Shown here piece by piece: positions 48,275-62,200 of a DNA stretch of 64,000 nucleotides (position 1 is the stretch's first letter; each line of letters starts with the position of its first letter). The position numbers and the translations under genes were made by a program. Source of the stretch: Bugula neritina. Lineage: Eukaryota > Animalia > Bryozoa. The stretch is from NCBI GenBank assembly GCA_964035545.1, contig OZ037767.1:7822581-7886580 (forward strand), read 5' to 3'. The notes below the pieces were generated by a model. The model did not search any database and was not told where the DNA came from. It was given only the letters and a program-made list of their open reading frames with translations.

Positions 48275-51200
48275 CTAATTAAAGTTGGCATATTCAGCAA
48301 AGGAATCCGCATAGTTCTTCAGCACTTTGTAAATGAATAAGTAGTCGTCCTGTAACATGAGTTTCATCAGTTTTATGTTAATGTCCAGCAGTACAATTAT
48401 TAGTATTTAAACAATTAAAGATAATATTATTCTCGGTTTAAAATATCAGGATCAAAAGATGAGTGTTCAAAGATAGGTGTTGATTTTGAAAAATGACAAG
48501 TTCTGAATGCAGCAAATGCATGATGGTTAGTAAATAGATGTCAAATAAAACAAGAAAGTCTTTAAATAATTTTTTCAAATAATTGCATTGTAATTCAATA
48601 CGACCAACGGTGCTAATTTTTAAGCAATAAATATGTATTTTAAGCAATCTAAAATCACCTATCTAGCAGTTTAAAAAGTAAGATACACTTTTGAAATGAC
48701 CAGCAGTAAGAATAGTGTCAAATTCCGTAAACTCTAGAGTGTTAAAATTTTGGTTGACTAAATTAACTAGAAGGTAAACTAAAAATAAAACAAAAAAGAC
48801 ACCTGCTACAGCAAACTGACAAAACTAAAATATTTGGAGTATACTTAAACTTACAATTGTAGACACAAACTGAGGTCGTCTAGTCTTTGCCATCATAGTG
48901 GGACTGTACACATCAATCTCCTGCTCATTCTTAAACTTCTCAATAGCATTAGAAGCACTGATGAATATTCCACATCTTTTGCTGCCATCTCTAAACAATA
49001 AAGGATTGAAATGAAATTTTCTAAAATAGTAAAAGCAGTATGTGTTTTTTAGTAATATTATATCGTGGTGTGGTCCAACATTTTACAAAAAAGTTATGGT
49101 TTTTGTTTCTAAGAAATAAAAAACAGCTAAACAATTATGACAGAACTTACAAGCAAGTCACACAAGTTTTTTTGCTGCCGTCAGTCTTTTTGAGAATGTC
49201 TTCTACAGCGCCACACAAAGAGAGAATAGCTTCTCCTGTAGGATACTGCTCTGTTGTATCATGCCAAGCTTTCATTTGAAGGATGAAGATAGACTTCTCC
49301 AACTAGCAGGTAAAGAAATAGTATTAACAATGCATTGAAAGCAGACTAGTCATTCATATAGCTGAGCCAATCACAGTTTTCTAAATCTTCATCCAACATG
49401 CATGAAAGTAATTTTCTCCTTAGTTCATCTAGATGAGAAACCAGTAACAATTAATGCAGTGCAATGCAGTTAAATTATTTTGATTAATAAAACTACTTAT
49501 GGAATATAAATGGAGCAAAATAATATTTAATAATACTCAATATATTTCTATTCAAAGCTATATTATTACTTAAAACGTAATTATACTAGCATTCTGTTAA
49601 TTCTATAAAAAAATCAAATAGTGATTTCCAATTTATTAATAAAGTGAAAAATTAGCAGTGTATAGTTGCACCATTTTACAGTGCAATATAAAGCATTTAT
49701 TTGGTTATATATATGTTCGATTATATATATTCCCACTTGTGATGTTTGAATCTTCAATGGTATTATTCTGACGTGCTCTTTATCTTCAGAGGCTCCTCTA
49801 ACCAGAGAATGAAAGGAAGTTGAAAGTGTAGCCAAGTCAGTCATTGGAAAGAAAGGCATCTAAATTATATTATCAACATGTTCTACAACATTATCATACT
49901 GATATACTTATATACTTATATGGCTAAGAGTTACTGTGCAAAGTCTATTGTCACACTTGTAATATGAATATATGTTTTTTTCAAACAGCTATAGTACTAA
50001 TAATTTGTTTAGGTAAATTGCTAAGATAATAAAAATGTCATTGGTCGCTGAGCCATTGTGTGGCTTATCCAGCATCACAGTAAAAATGTCTACAAAATTT
50101 GGTTTTGGAATCTGAAAGTGTCACAAGTTGTCCTCTCTATGCATATCTGCTGTTGGCAAATCCGGTTTAATTATTTTCCTTTCCAATAAAATTTAGAAAC
50201 ATTGAAGTATGTAATACCAATAAAAGCAGCACCTAGCCTGATCTCAAAACATGTGAGTAAGCAGTATAGTCAATGTATACCAGTAGCAACAAACCTAAAA
50301 CTAATTTACCATAACTTTTATCATGAATAAATGAGTGCAATCATAATTAATCTTTTTAACCTTGATTAGAAAGGAGACAGGACAAAGCTCTCTTTAGAGA
50401 CTAGAAAAATGTTGATGAGATTATGATAAGTTTTTAGTCATTCGATAATAAAAGCATGTAGATGTGTTATTGGACTTATCTTACCTCTGCATGCTCCAAC
50501 TGAACAATCACTTTAACATCTTGCTCAATGATCAGTTGCCAGAAGTTGCTCAGTGTATTTGATAGTGGGAGTTGAGTGGCAATAAATTGGTGCTTGCATG
50601 TGTAGGACTACAACGGAATGCATAAAATCCATAATAACCATCAGTAAAATAAATTGTCACTATATGAATTTGATTAACTTCTATATTCCATGTTACGTCT
50701 GCGTCAAGAAAAAATTTGGAAAGAAAATTAATATTTTTCTTGCTTTTAAAAATTTTAATCAAAACTAAAAAGGTGAATAAAAAAATTAAATTGTATTAGG
50801 AAATTTTTTTGGAAATAAATGACATTTACAAAAACCTATTTAATATGTCATTATGTAACCATACTTATCATTTCTAAAATGTGTGCAATAAACTGCAAAA
50901 AGCAGTTTATATGTATTAGTAAAAACTGATTTCATTGTGAGCTAGAGGAATAAAAAATTATAGAACATGCAGAAAAATTGCCAACTCAAATAGCTTACCA
51001 TGCTGCAATAATGTTGAGGCTTTGTAATGTTAGGACCACTACAATTATATGGCCTGAGAATTCTATAAAACTTACAATTAATTTGGTTCAAAATTAAGCA
51101 AGGTCAAACAATAACCATTTATTGTCAGACAGAAGCGTCTAAGCCTTTTAGGCACTATTAAAAAGTAATAAATGACATGCAATATATTTAGATTACTATT

Positions 51201-54200
51201 CAAAGCATTTACACTTACGTCTACAAACACAGCATTTATGTATGATCCTTGTCCACTTGTAAGGAAGGGCATGTACTTGTCACCTACAAAAAATAAAAAT
51301 CATGATTTCAAAATTACATAAGCACTTACTCTGGTTATATTATCTAATTCTTTGAGCCAACATAGAAAATTTGTGTTTCTCAGTGGTGTAATAATGCATT
51401 AATTTACCATAATATACTGCTTACACATTTTTTAAAAAGCAAACAAAATATTTATTCTTAAAAAAGACTGAATTATTTGTAGCTCTTCAACTGACTAAAG
51501 AAGCTAACTCTGCAACTCAAAATTGATATTTATTCAAATATTTTACATTTTATCATTTTCTAAAAATATTCATCTATACTGTAAAAAAAAGCACACTATA
51601 TTATTTTCCATATTCATAAAATATTGCATGCAGAATTGAGTATACAGCATATTTTATCCTAATTTTGTTATAGACACACTTACAAGGAAGGATGTCAGGG
51701 AACCTGTTCTTTCCTGAGTTGTCTTCTTCCTGAGCTATGATGTACTTGAACTGCATACTTTGAAGGCAACTTTCCATGTGCTACAATTAAATGACGCAGA
51801 TAATATATGGGTCATTTATTTAGTATAATACCACATATATATATTATATATATGTGGTATTACTTATGTAAACCGGTGGTATGACACCTTTTTACAAAAG
51901 TAATACCACATATACGTAGTGCAACGGTTGCAACTGTAAATTAATAAAGATGAAAAGTGAGTATAATATCTATGTTAGAAACTTCTGGAGACAAGTTTTG
52001 CTGCTAAAAGCACACTGAATATACTAGTGCAGCATTGTGAAAGCAAGCAATAGTTTGTATGTTGCATACAATAACGGTGCAAATATGTTTAGGTATGACT
52101 AAATTGTTAAAAAATATATCCTTTGAAAGTCTGGAATCGAGCTTAATGTAATACCTACAGCTAACAATATATCTTAGCACTATAACAAACTTGGAACTCC
52201 TGTAGAATGCTGTCAGGTTGATCCTGGGTTTCTCTTTGTCCATGGGCATTAATTTTATCATTGATCTCTAAAGGAGAACATTTGATCCTTCAACTGCCAA
52301 TGACTCAGCCAGAACCTCATGCAAAAATATGTATTGATCCTAAAATAAATAATATATAGTCATTACCATAGTTAGTTTATAATTTTTTGTCACAGTAGAG
52401 TAAATCAAATATGCATAAAAATTATACATTATACATCTTCATTGTTCAGATCACATGATATTTGTCTATTTTTGAGACTTGAAGCTTAAAAATGATGCAT
52501 TTTGTATGGGCATGTTTCATCACTTGTGTTTAGATAAAAAAATAAAATCAAAAACGTTTTTATGCTTTTTAAATGATGATAAAATGAATTAAAGATATGA
52601 TAAAAAATTTTAAAATCAAATCTCATAGCTAAAATGATATTTTTTATTTGAGATCTAATTTAAAAAATATGCATTTTGTAGGCCTATTTTATGCACTAAA
52701 AAAGATTTCACCGTGCAGAGAAAATAAACAGGCAAAAAGAACTATCAATAAAAAAATAAATTTAAACTAAAAGCATTTCCAGGAAGCACACAACTTGACA
52801 AAGAAGTTTATTTGCAGCGACAATTTTGATGCTACACCTAATGCTCAAAAACTTGTGGTGATTTCATTTTGATTATCTCTTATTTTTAGAGCTTATGACA
52901 ATGGAACATTCTAACTAATATTCACATCTTTTTGAACCATGCAGGGTCTCCTCTTTCTCATTTCTTCAACACATCCAAACACGTCCACAGATCTTTCTCT
53001 CTTGGCTTGCTGAATCAAATATTCTAAAGCAATATACGTGCCTGTTCTGCCAACACCAGCACTACAGCATATAAAATATGAAAATACTTTAGTATACCAA
53101 CTATATATCACTAATAATTGGTGAATTAAACAGTTAAACATTATATGCATGCACATATCATCAATTGTAAACAAACAGATACGCAGCACATAATAATAGA
53201 TAATCATATTTTGACTCACAAACCTGAAGCAAAAGAACTCCTCAAAAACATACATATAAATATATACAAGGTGTGGAGTTTGTGTCTACCTTTATTATAT
53301 TATAAACACACGGTAGGTGATGCTTGGCTAGAAATTTTACCACTAAATAAAGCTTGCGACTGTTAGATTTCCAGTCATGTTTCAAGTTCACCTTTTGCCA
53401 ATTTTAAATTATGTCTGTGTAGCAATTAGTAGCAAATAGAAAAAACACCAGCCTGTGCCAACCAGAAATCTGATTATAACCACTGTAAACACACATTAAA
53501 GTTAGCAATATAAAACTATAAATACATAAATAAGCTCAATAACCTGCAGTGAATAAGGAGAGGACTTGTGGTATGGGAAACGAGTGACTTGATCTTGAAG
53601 TAGAAGGCAACATAAGAAGATAGGTCATCAGGTACTCCGTGATCAGGCCATGACAGGTAGTTAAAGTGTGACAGAGTTCTTGTCTCACCATCCTACAAAT
53701 GTCAGAAAATAGCTCGATCACATCAAAAGATGAGAACTTCAAATTAGTTTACTGCATTTAATATTTCATCACAAATTTCAAAAGTTACGCATAAGTGGTT
53801 TTAAAGTAGTTCCAAGTGTTTCATCTGAGATGTTTTTATTTGTCAATGTGGAAAGTGAATAATTATTATTTACTTGAGTTTGAAAATCTAAATTAGTTCC
53901 TATTTTTATTATCATCTGTTGCTAGCTTAAATCAAAACAAAAATTTGAACATCATATAATGATATAACTTGTATAAATATTAATTCAAGTTTTCTCACCA
54001 GTCTAATAAAACCAAAACAATTAAATAGTGCATTTGTTACTTGTCTTGCATGGTTCTTATCTAACAGGTGAATCTACCGGATGTTATTGAAAATCAATGA
54101 AAACATTCTTTTTGATGCAGGAATCAGCATCTCTTGACGCTAATCTTCTACGATTGTAAACAAATCGTATTACACAGTATTAGTGCATATATAGTCATTG

Positions 54201-56169
54201 AGCTCCCGCTGGCACTCACCTCAAAAAATTAGAAATTTCTATTAATCGCTCTGCTTGTAACTGCAGAGTAAATACTATAAATTGCGTCATGCTAATTTAT
54301 TTCTATACCTAAATTTGATGTCGCTAGAGTGCAACAGCATTACACTGCAATGAGCATAACATAATAGATCTTATATTTAAAATAGTGCTTATAAGACCAT
54401 ACCTTGGAAATACTCAAACGTGTTTGTGTAAAGTCTGCCCACGACTCAACAGACTTACTACACACAGTGATGTCTCCAAATTTCTTTGGTTGTTTGTCCA
54501 GAGGCCAGTACTGCTCACATTTGTTCTACAATTCAAACTTCAGTGATGTTAAAAGAATGAAGATATTACTAATTGAAGTGTAAATTCAAAATTTTAATCA
54601 AGAAAAAATTATACTATGACACATGAGTTCAAAACAAGTAAAAAAAAATAATTAAGAATACACCCATGAATTGAATATTTTTTCTGAAACCAACCTTTCC
54701 ACTTTCAACAGCTTTAGTTACCATAACTATAGCACTTGGTCTTTCTTGCCACACCATATACCAGAAGTCATTCACTGTTGCTCCAGTTGGACCTTAAATT
54801 ATTGTGATATTACTAATTGTAATTTTATACTAAGCGTTATTGATACTTGGCAATATTTTAAAATCAATAAACACGATTGAATGAAAAAGTTCAATATTTG
54901 AATATTTGTTTATTACTTATTGGTAATTAAAGTTGGTCAAATTTTTTGTGAGTGTAAGTTAATCAGCGAAGGCATGATTAACAGACTTAATAGAAGAGAC
55001 AAATTCTACATATAGTGCCTGTTTTTCATGTTAAATGGCGTTATTATCATCGTTCAATAATCATAAATTACATACATGTATATATGATAGTAAATAACAA
55101 AACACTGATTAGCTGCAATTTCATCGCAAGTTATCGATACTTATGAAATATTTCTTTCTGGTTTTATTTTGTTCATCATCCACCATTCAAATTTGTCTTC
55201 AAATACTATAATTAAATTTAACCAAGTAACACAAGCATTTTCGTAAACAAAATTTTAATACTTTATAGGCAAAACGTTAAAAGTTTCACAGTCGCGTGAA
55301 ATCATGTATACATACGATACATACCACTCCATATTATTCTAGCTAAGCTTACCTTGTGCTGCAATATATGCGTTTTCTTGGCTGTAACCCTAAAAACATA
55401 AAAAATAAAAATCGAAACATACGTTATTAGGACGAATTAGTTTGGCTAAATAAACTGTAAAGCAATGAATTATTTTGTTATAAACAGTGTAATGCACATA
55501 AGTATATTATTCCCAACTACAGCTACTATTTTTGTCAGTTAAACTATTTTTAAAATTCGGAAATGTTCTGATATTTACACAGTTTATGTAAACTTGGAGT
55601 TACCATTTTTTGATGTTTTAGCTGATCGATTGATATTTAGTTTTGAAAAAAATAGTCACTTCCTGTTTGACAATTTCTAGTGCTTGACTAAAAATAATTT
55701 ACAGATGATAACAAATCAAATGATAACCACTAAGTAAATAGACATCAATAAAATAAAACAGGAAATTGTTTACTTATACTGCAGTACCTTGTAGACTGTA
55801 GTAAAGCAAAAATATTAATCTTATTCAGCAGGAAATGCCAAATCAACTTATAAACCAACTTAGAAACATTCTTAAAGCTCAAATAAACTACAAATGTTCA
55901 GTATTGTAAATCCCCATGCACATTTATTCCTGCATTGTGCAGACTCTAATTTCCAAAAATTTTCGATTAGCAAACATGTTTCTAACAGACTACTTTGTTA
56001 AAACCTTGCCGCCCGAGTATTATTAATGAAATGTACTGCTATAAGAACACAATTATTAAATCTTACTGCAATAAAAGAAGCATTTATGAAATCATTTCCT
56101 TCTCCTTCTCTTCTCAGCACAACTCTGTGATTGTCAGCTGAAAAAAAATAGAGTGTATATATTAACATA

Positions 56170-56209
<40 letters not shown>

Positions 56210-59200
56210 AATATGTTTACGATGCACTAAATCACCTCAATGATTTTCTTGAGGACAATTAACCAAATTTCAAAATAATATTTTTGAAAAAACAAAGTTT
56301 ATAGCACTTTTTCTTTAAAAATTGTTAGTGCAGCTTGTTCTGGAATATTTCAACATCTATGCTAAATTAATTAAAGTTACTATAATATTTACTCAAAATT
56401 GTATTAAAAACACCAAAGTCAAGTGATTCTTTAAAAGAATATTGTGGGAAACACAAATTTTTGTACAGTAAAACACTTTGGGTAGAAATCTTCGGCAACA
56501 GCGATAATTTAATTAGTCAGGTAACATTTTAAAAATTGATAAACAAGCTAGGTTGGAATTTTTATTGTACTGATTGATGAACTTTGAACAGCCATTTTTT
56601 CAACATTAACTAATTCTTGCCTAAATTTTCGCAAAGAATATAATGAAACATGATTACATTTTTCTTATTGTATAATAATATTATAGTACAATAGAAAGAA
56701 TATAGTTTCTAATTGCTCAGAATTTCCTTTTATTCGTAATATTTTTCCAGGGAAGTAATTATTTGGCTGTTGAACAACCTTTATATCAAAACTAAAACCT
56801 TTTTTTACAAAGCTAGATCTGTCAGCCTGAATTTTAAATAGGGTTAATATGCAATATACAGCAAGAGTTTTACTTGGTTAATGTATAACATATGAAAATT
56901 TGCATCATGATATTATATCGTTCAATAACCACTCAGGAAAATGTCTAACAGTTATTCCTTTTCTACTGGTTAACTTAGCATTCAAAATTTAAATGAAACC
57001 AGTTTGCGCATCAATAATTTTGAATTGTGTTATAGCCTGCCACTTTAATTATATTACATATTTCTAGTAGCTGCTTCCAACATTGTATGAAAAATTTTTA
57101 CCAGGATAAAGTAGTTTGTATCTACACTTTCCTCTATTGTGAGGCATTAAAGCAACTTCCATTTTTGGTTTTGGCAGTGCTTCCAATTTCTGCAATTTAT
57201 AAAGCAATGATATTTTATTTGATTTACATCAATTTTAAACAACAAGCATTAAAATATAATTTCATAGTATGATTTGTCAAAGTTTTTTCTAAAATGAAAT
57301 TTAGCAATAACCCAAAGAAATTGTGAATCTAAAATAAACTTACTATTTGAAGCTTACCGCCAGAAAGTTTGACAAGATTTAAGTGGTAACTAACTATAGC
57401 ACAGTTATTTGCTTATTTGCAAGTGACTGCAATAAAATTAAAATCACTTATAATTTAATTACATGCATAAGTGTAGTCTTTATGCAGAAATGACTAGAAA
57501 TATAGTTCAACCATGCAGTGGTTGGTTTTCTTTCAAGAGTTTTTAGTTTGTAAGCCTTGCCATTGTGTTCTTTAAACTGTTTAAAAGATAAAATTTGTGT
57601 ACCTATAAATATACATAATTGCTTTAAAAAGAGTGAAGTGTTAAATGTTACCAAAATATTAGCAAAATAAAGCAGGTGAAAACAGAAAAAAATAAAAACA
57701 GAACTAAATATAAAAACTGTAGATAACTTCACTTTTGCCATCAATAAGATAAAAGGCAATTTGGACATATGTAATTAATAAAAAACTTTATACTGCAATT
57801 AAAATATGACTAATATGTCCTAATTCAGACAATACAATAACATACACTTTAGTAAAATAATCACCTACCTCAAACTGTGTTTTCATCAAGCCAACATTGT
57901 TAATAATAAAAGTTCTGAGTTCTGTCACAGGAATTCTGGTAATATCAGGTGGTAAGAGTTCTTCTACATTTTCATATTCAGCTCCTTTAGAATATGATAT
58001 AATCATACAATTTTAAAAACAGACAAACTCAGAGCTACAAGAAAAGCTAAAAAGAAATATTTATTTTAAATAAAATAATATACTTTTGAACAAACTATAT
58101 GTACAATAAAAAATATTACTATAACAAACTTGAAAGTAATAATTAGCCTGAAGCAGAATATTTGAAGAGTACTACCAACTACCTTATTAGTTTCAAATAA
58201 AATATATTGCAGTAGAATGTAGCATCAAACTTTGATCAAAAACTATATTTAAACTTGTATTAGCTTTTTGTTCCAATAAATACTATGCTGCTGCCGATTT
58301 GGAGAATTGGCTGTGTTTTAAGAGCTAAGAGTTTATAAAAAATGTATAATATTAGGGTTTTCCAAAAAAATATTAGTTTTAAGCACCAAAGCACTTAAAA
58401 TAAAATGGCTGCAGTGTAAACTAAATTTTCGAAACTGCTCACAAAATTTTTCACAAAAAATACTATTTAAACTTTGAAAAATAGAAATTTTTACTAGGCC
58501 TTGTGAAAACAGCTATATAACTCATCATTGTAAAACTTGCATAAATCTAACAAAACAATACATAAGTTAAGCTCACCAGGAAAAAATGCCATTAACACAG
58601 ATCGATATTCATTAACAAGTAAGTGTAGCGAACTAGGCTGGGATTTGGGCAATAAATCCTTACTGATGTCTTCAATTGTATTATTATTCTAACCTTACAT
58701 TGATTGACATCATTTGACACCTGGTGATATCGTCAAAATTTTTTTGCTTTCTTAAAACTACAACTAGTTTACTAGCAGCAACTATTGCAAAGTCTCAAAA
58801 TTCTTTTAGTTAGCGCTGGCTGCACTGTAGAAAGCTTTTCCTTGTAGGTTCTCAATATCGCTAACGTAGGTAAGCAAACTCACACTAGTTTCACTACAGA
58901 AACATTGCAAACTTAGGTATTGTAGCAAGTCTATAATATCTGATTATTGGCTGAGTTCTCATTTATAGCTAAATGCTAAACAATAAAAAAAATCTCAAAC
59001 AAAAGAGTTAAATGCCATACGGGGATTGTCTCTTCTTGAAACAGAGGAATTTGCACTTCCCGTTGGTTGAAGGTTGGACAGCTCATTGCCACTGCTATTG
59101 TCTTTTTCCCTGCCTAAAAGTGTTTTCCTGTAGTAAAAATTGTAAAAAGTAATTGAGAAATACATTGTTGCTTGAGCTACGATTATTCAGTGTACTATAA

Positions 59201-62200
59201 ACAAAAAAGATGTGATGTATCATGCAATAATTTCACAGAATTGCTAACTTACACATAAAGCAAACAAAGAAAAATCATACAATAATATGCATATTTGTCT
59301 TTGATTTTCTGTCAGGTTTTATTTTGAAGCACTGCCGATCTCACTTAAAAATGTTATTGAAATAAGGTTTGGAACTATATTGTAGCAACAATGCTATAGC
59401 CAGCAAAAACTAGCACTACCAGAGAAGAGTATGTTACATGTTGTAGCAGAACCTATGTGGCAAACAGATTAGCTTTTAGTTAAAATAAAGTTGACAGTTT
59501 TAGCCGGTTGAGGTACTTGAAGGGTTGATTAGCTTTTTTTTATAAAAAATAATATTATGGTCGCACTAAAATGTCCCAACACAGAAACACAATAAAAAAT
59601 CTGCAAGCTTTGGAAAACAATATTGACTTATAGACATAAAATTTTGACCCTTCTCTTAGTCACCCTTGTGTCTAATAGAATGCTTATTATTTAAGTATAG
59701 TTGCACTGCTAGGTAATTTATACACAAAATTTATTTTAAAAAAATAGATTTTTTTTGTATTGAGCTATTAAACATGTTAGACAATTTAAACACAGAAATA
59801 ACTGTTGTATTATATTATTTCAACACAGCAAAAATCGAAATCTTCAAATATATCACATACACAGAAAATGGTACAGCTGATAATGTGTTAAAGAATTGTC
59901 AACCTCATTTAAAAATAAAATTGTACATTATGAATGTTATTTATTAGTAAAAGTTTTAAACTTTTATCTGCTAACAAAACTTTTTTTGAAAACATCTAAA
60001 TTTAATCATTAATTCAACTCCGTTCATTTTAATAGTCTATTCTTGGAAACTTTACTGCAGTATCAATGTTTACCATTCACTACTCAATATATAATTAAAT
60101 GTAACCCAAAATATTATTTAGAAGGTGTTTTGTTGGAGAAAATTTCATATGCGGTCCTGGTAAATAAAACTAATGATAACAGCAATATTACTTGCAACTT
60201 GTGTTTAATGCAGTAGTTACATGTTTAGGGTGTGTCAGTAATATCATGGGATGATGTAGCAATGATATAGTTTATAGCTACTTATAGTAGTTTAGCAATG
60301 GGTTTTATAGCTTAGATGAGTAAAAATGTCATGAATTGGTTTACCTTCTTATTACCACTATGACAACAACAGCTGCTACAATAACAGCCACTACTCCACC
60401 TATAGCTCCTCCAATGAGTCCAGGCTTAGGTGGTTTCGAAGTAGTTGATTGAGAAATAGTCACAGATACTGGCTCAGGAGCTAAAACAGTATAGGTATTA
60501 GCCGTATGCGTTTCTCCCATTTCTGCATTAAAATAAGTATAATATTTGAGTAATGATATAAACCTATATAAAACTCTAACCTTTGAAGCTGTGTCCTTTG
60601 CCAATGACCTTCACAAACTCCTTATCAGAACCCTGTAAAAATAAGTTGCAGCAAAATTTACAACTGCAAAAAGCAATGTGCTTTAACATGTTAGAGAGAA
60701 GAAACTGAACACTAACCTTTCTACTGGAAAATAACGTCAAGCAACTGTAAGGGCTTTCAGATAACAAAAATTGATGAAAATAGTAACAAGTCAGTAATCT
60801 TACTTAGCAATAAAGAAAAATTCATAGTTTTATATGTAGATGTGCATCTTCTCAAATGCTCCAAATAAATACTAGTCATGCCTAGCCCCCCTTTTCTTGA
60901 AAAGACAAGGTTTTGTTTTGTTTTTGCTTTGATTAAAACAATGTTTCAAATATATCTTTGCAATTTTTAGATCACAAAGCAAAATATAGTTGGTTTTTAA
61001 CAACTTACATTGGGCACCCATGTAGTAGCTATCCATATATCATAATTTGTAGCCAAAACTAGTTTTGTATTTGTGTAGCCATTGTAACTCTTTCCATCTC
61101 CAACAGTGAACTCATATCCACCAGGAGTAGAGATCAGCTTTGTGTCATTAGCCAGTATCTCTGCTGTTATGTAACAACTCTGAGTGAAAGTAAGACTTGA
61201 TCTAGATACTGACTGGGAGTCAGAAGATGGGATACAGTTACTACTAGATACAGCTCTCTTACTTCTGGTATTTTTTTGAACTAATATCAAGTAGGACCTA
61301 CAAATGTTACACAAAAAATTCATTCACTGGGACTCTTCATTATATGTTTTGTCTGCCAAACATGTGGCTGGTCAATAAAAAGAGGCGGACTCGTGAAGAT
61401 TTTTGGACGACTTCCAAGTGATTCTCACAAGTGTGTGGCCGAGCCTTTAAGTTAATTATAATCACTATGCTTAAGATTCTATGTCTTTGACAGGTTGTCA
61501 CATTACAAATAATTTCAGACACTATATATAGGGTTTATAATATTGTGACAGAAACAACAATGATGCTTTTATTCAAAGTTAAAAGACTGTGCCTATATGA
61601 GATACAAAAAAAGTTTAAGTAGCAGCCATTAAAAATATTCTCTCTAAAACATTCGAAACAACTATTATCCTTTGAATGGTTTACTCTATTTATATGTTTT
61701 AATTGAGTTACTACATTGAAACCTTGAATTATTATGTTAGATACTTTCATGGTGCTTTAAGATTTGAACTTTCTAAACAATATTTCGTTTTGATTTTGAA
61801 ATATTGGCATAATAAATAGGCTGCAGTTACAACTTAAAGAAATCTTGCTTATAGATTCTAACTGTCAATATAGCTTCAGTTAAAATCATATACAGTATGA
61901 AGCGCTCTCACATCAGAACAGAGACCTGTGAATGGCATGCCGCAAGGAGGATCAGATGGAGATTTATGGTTCATAAAGGCATGCAAATCTTTGAAAAAGA
62001 AAGAATGCGACACAGAGACGAAGTTAAAGCTGGCCGCAAGAAGGCTTAGCTCAACAGACACATCGAGTGATGACCTCAAATGCCTCTGCTGTGACCGCAT
62101 ATGCAGATTACTGATAGGACTTAGCAGTCATCAAGCTACTCACAAACAGCTGTAGGCAGACATCATACTCTACTTAGAGGGATAGCAAAGAGAGAGAAAG

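Noticed and set aside
51825-51862. Short palindrome taataccacatatat...atatatgtggtatta
   Set aside because: AT-rich, short, and no paralog in the window to polarise it.
58695-58870. Possible extra juxtamembrane exon(s) of gene A
   Set aside because: Splice-like sites exist, but the phases do not fit without an indel; the flanking exons already join in phase.
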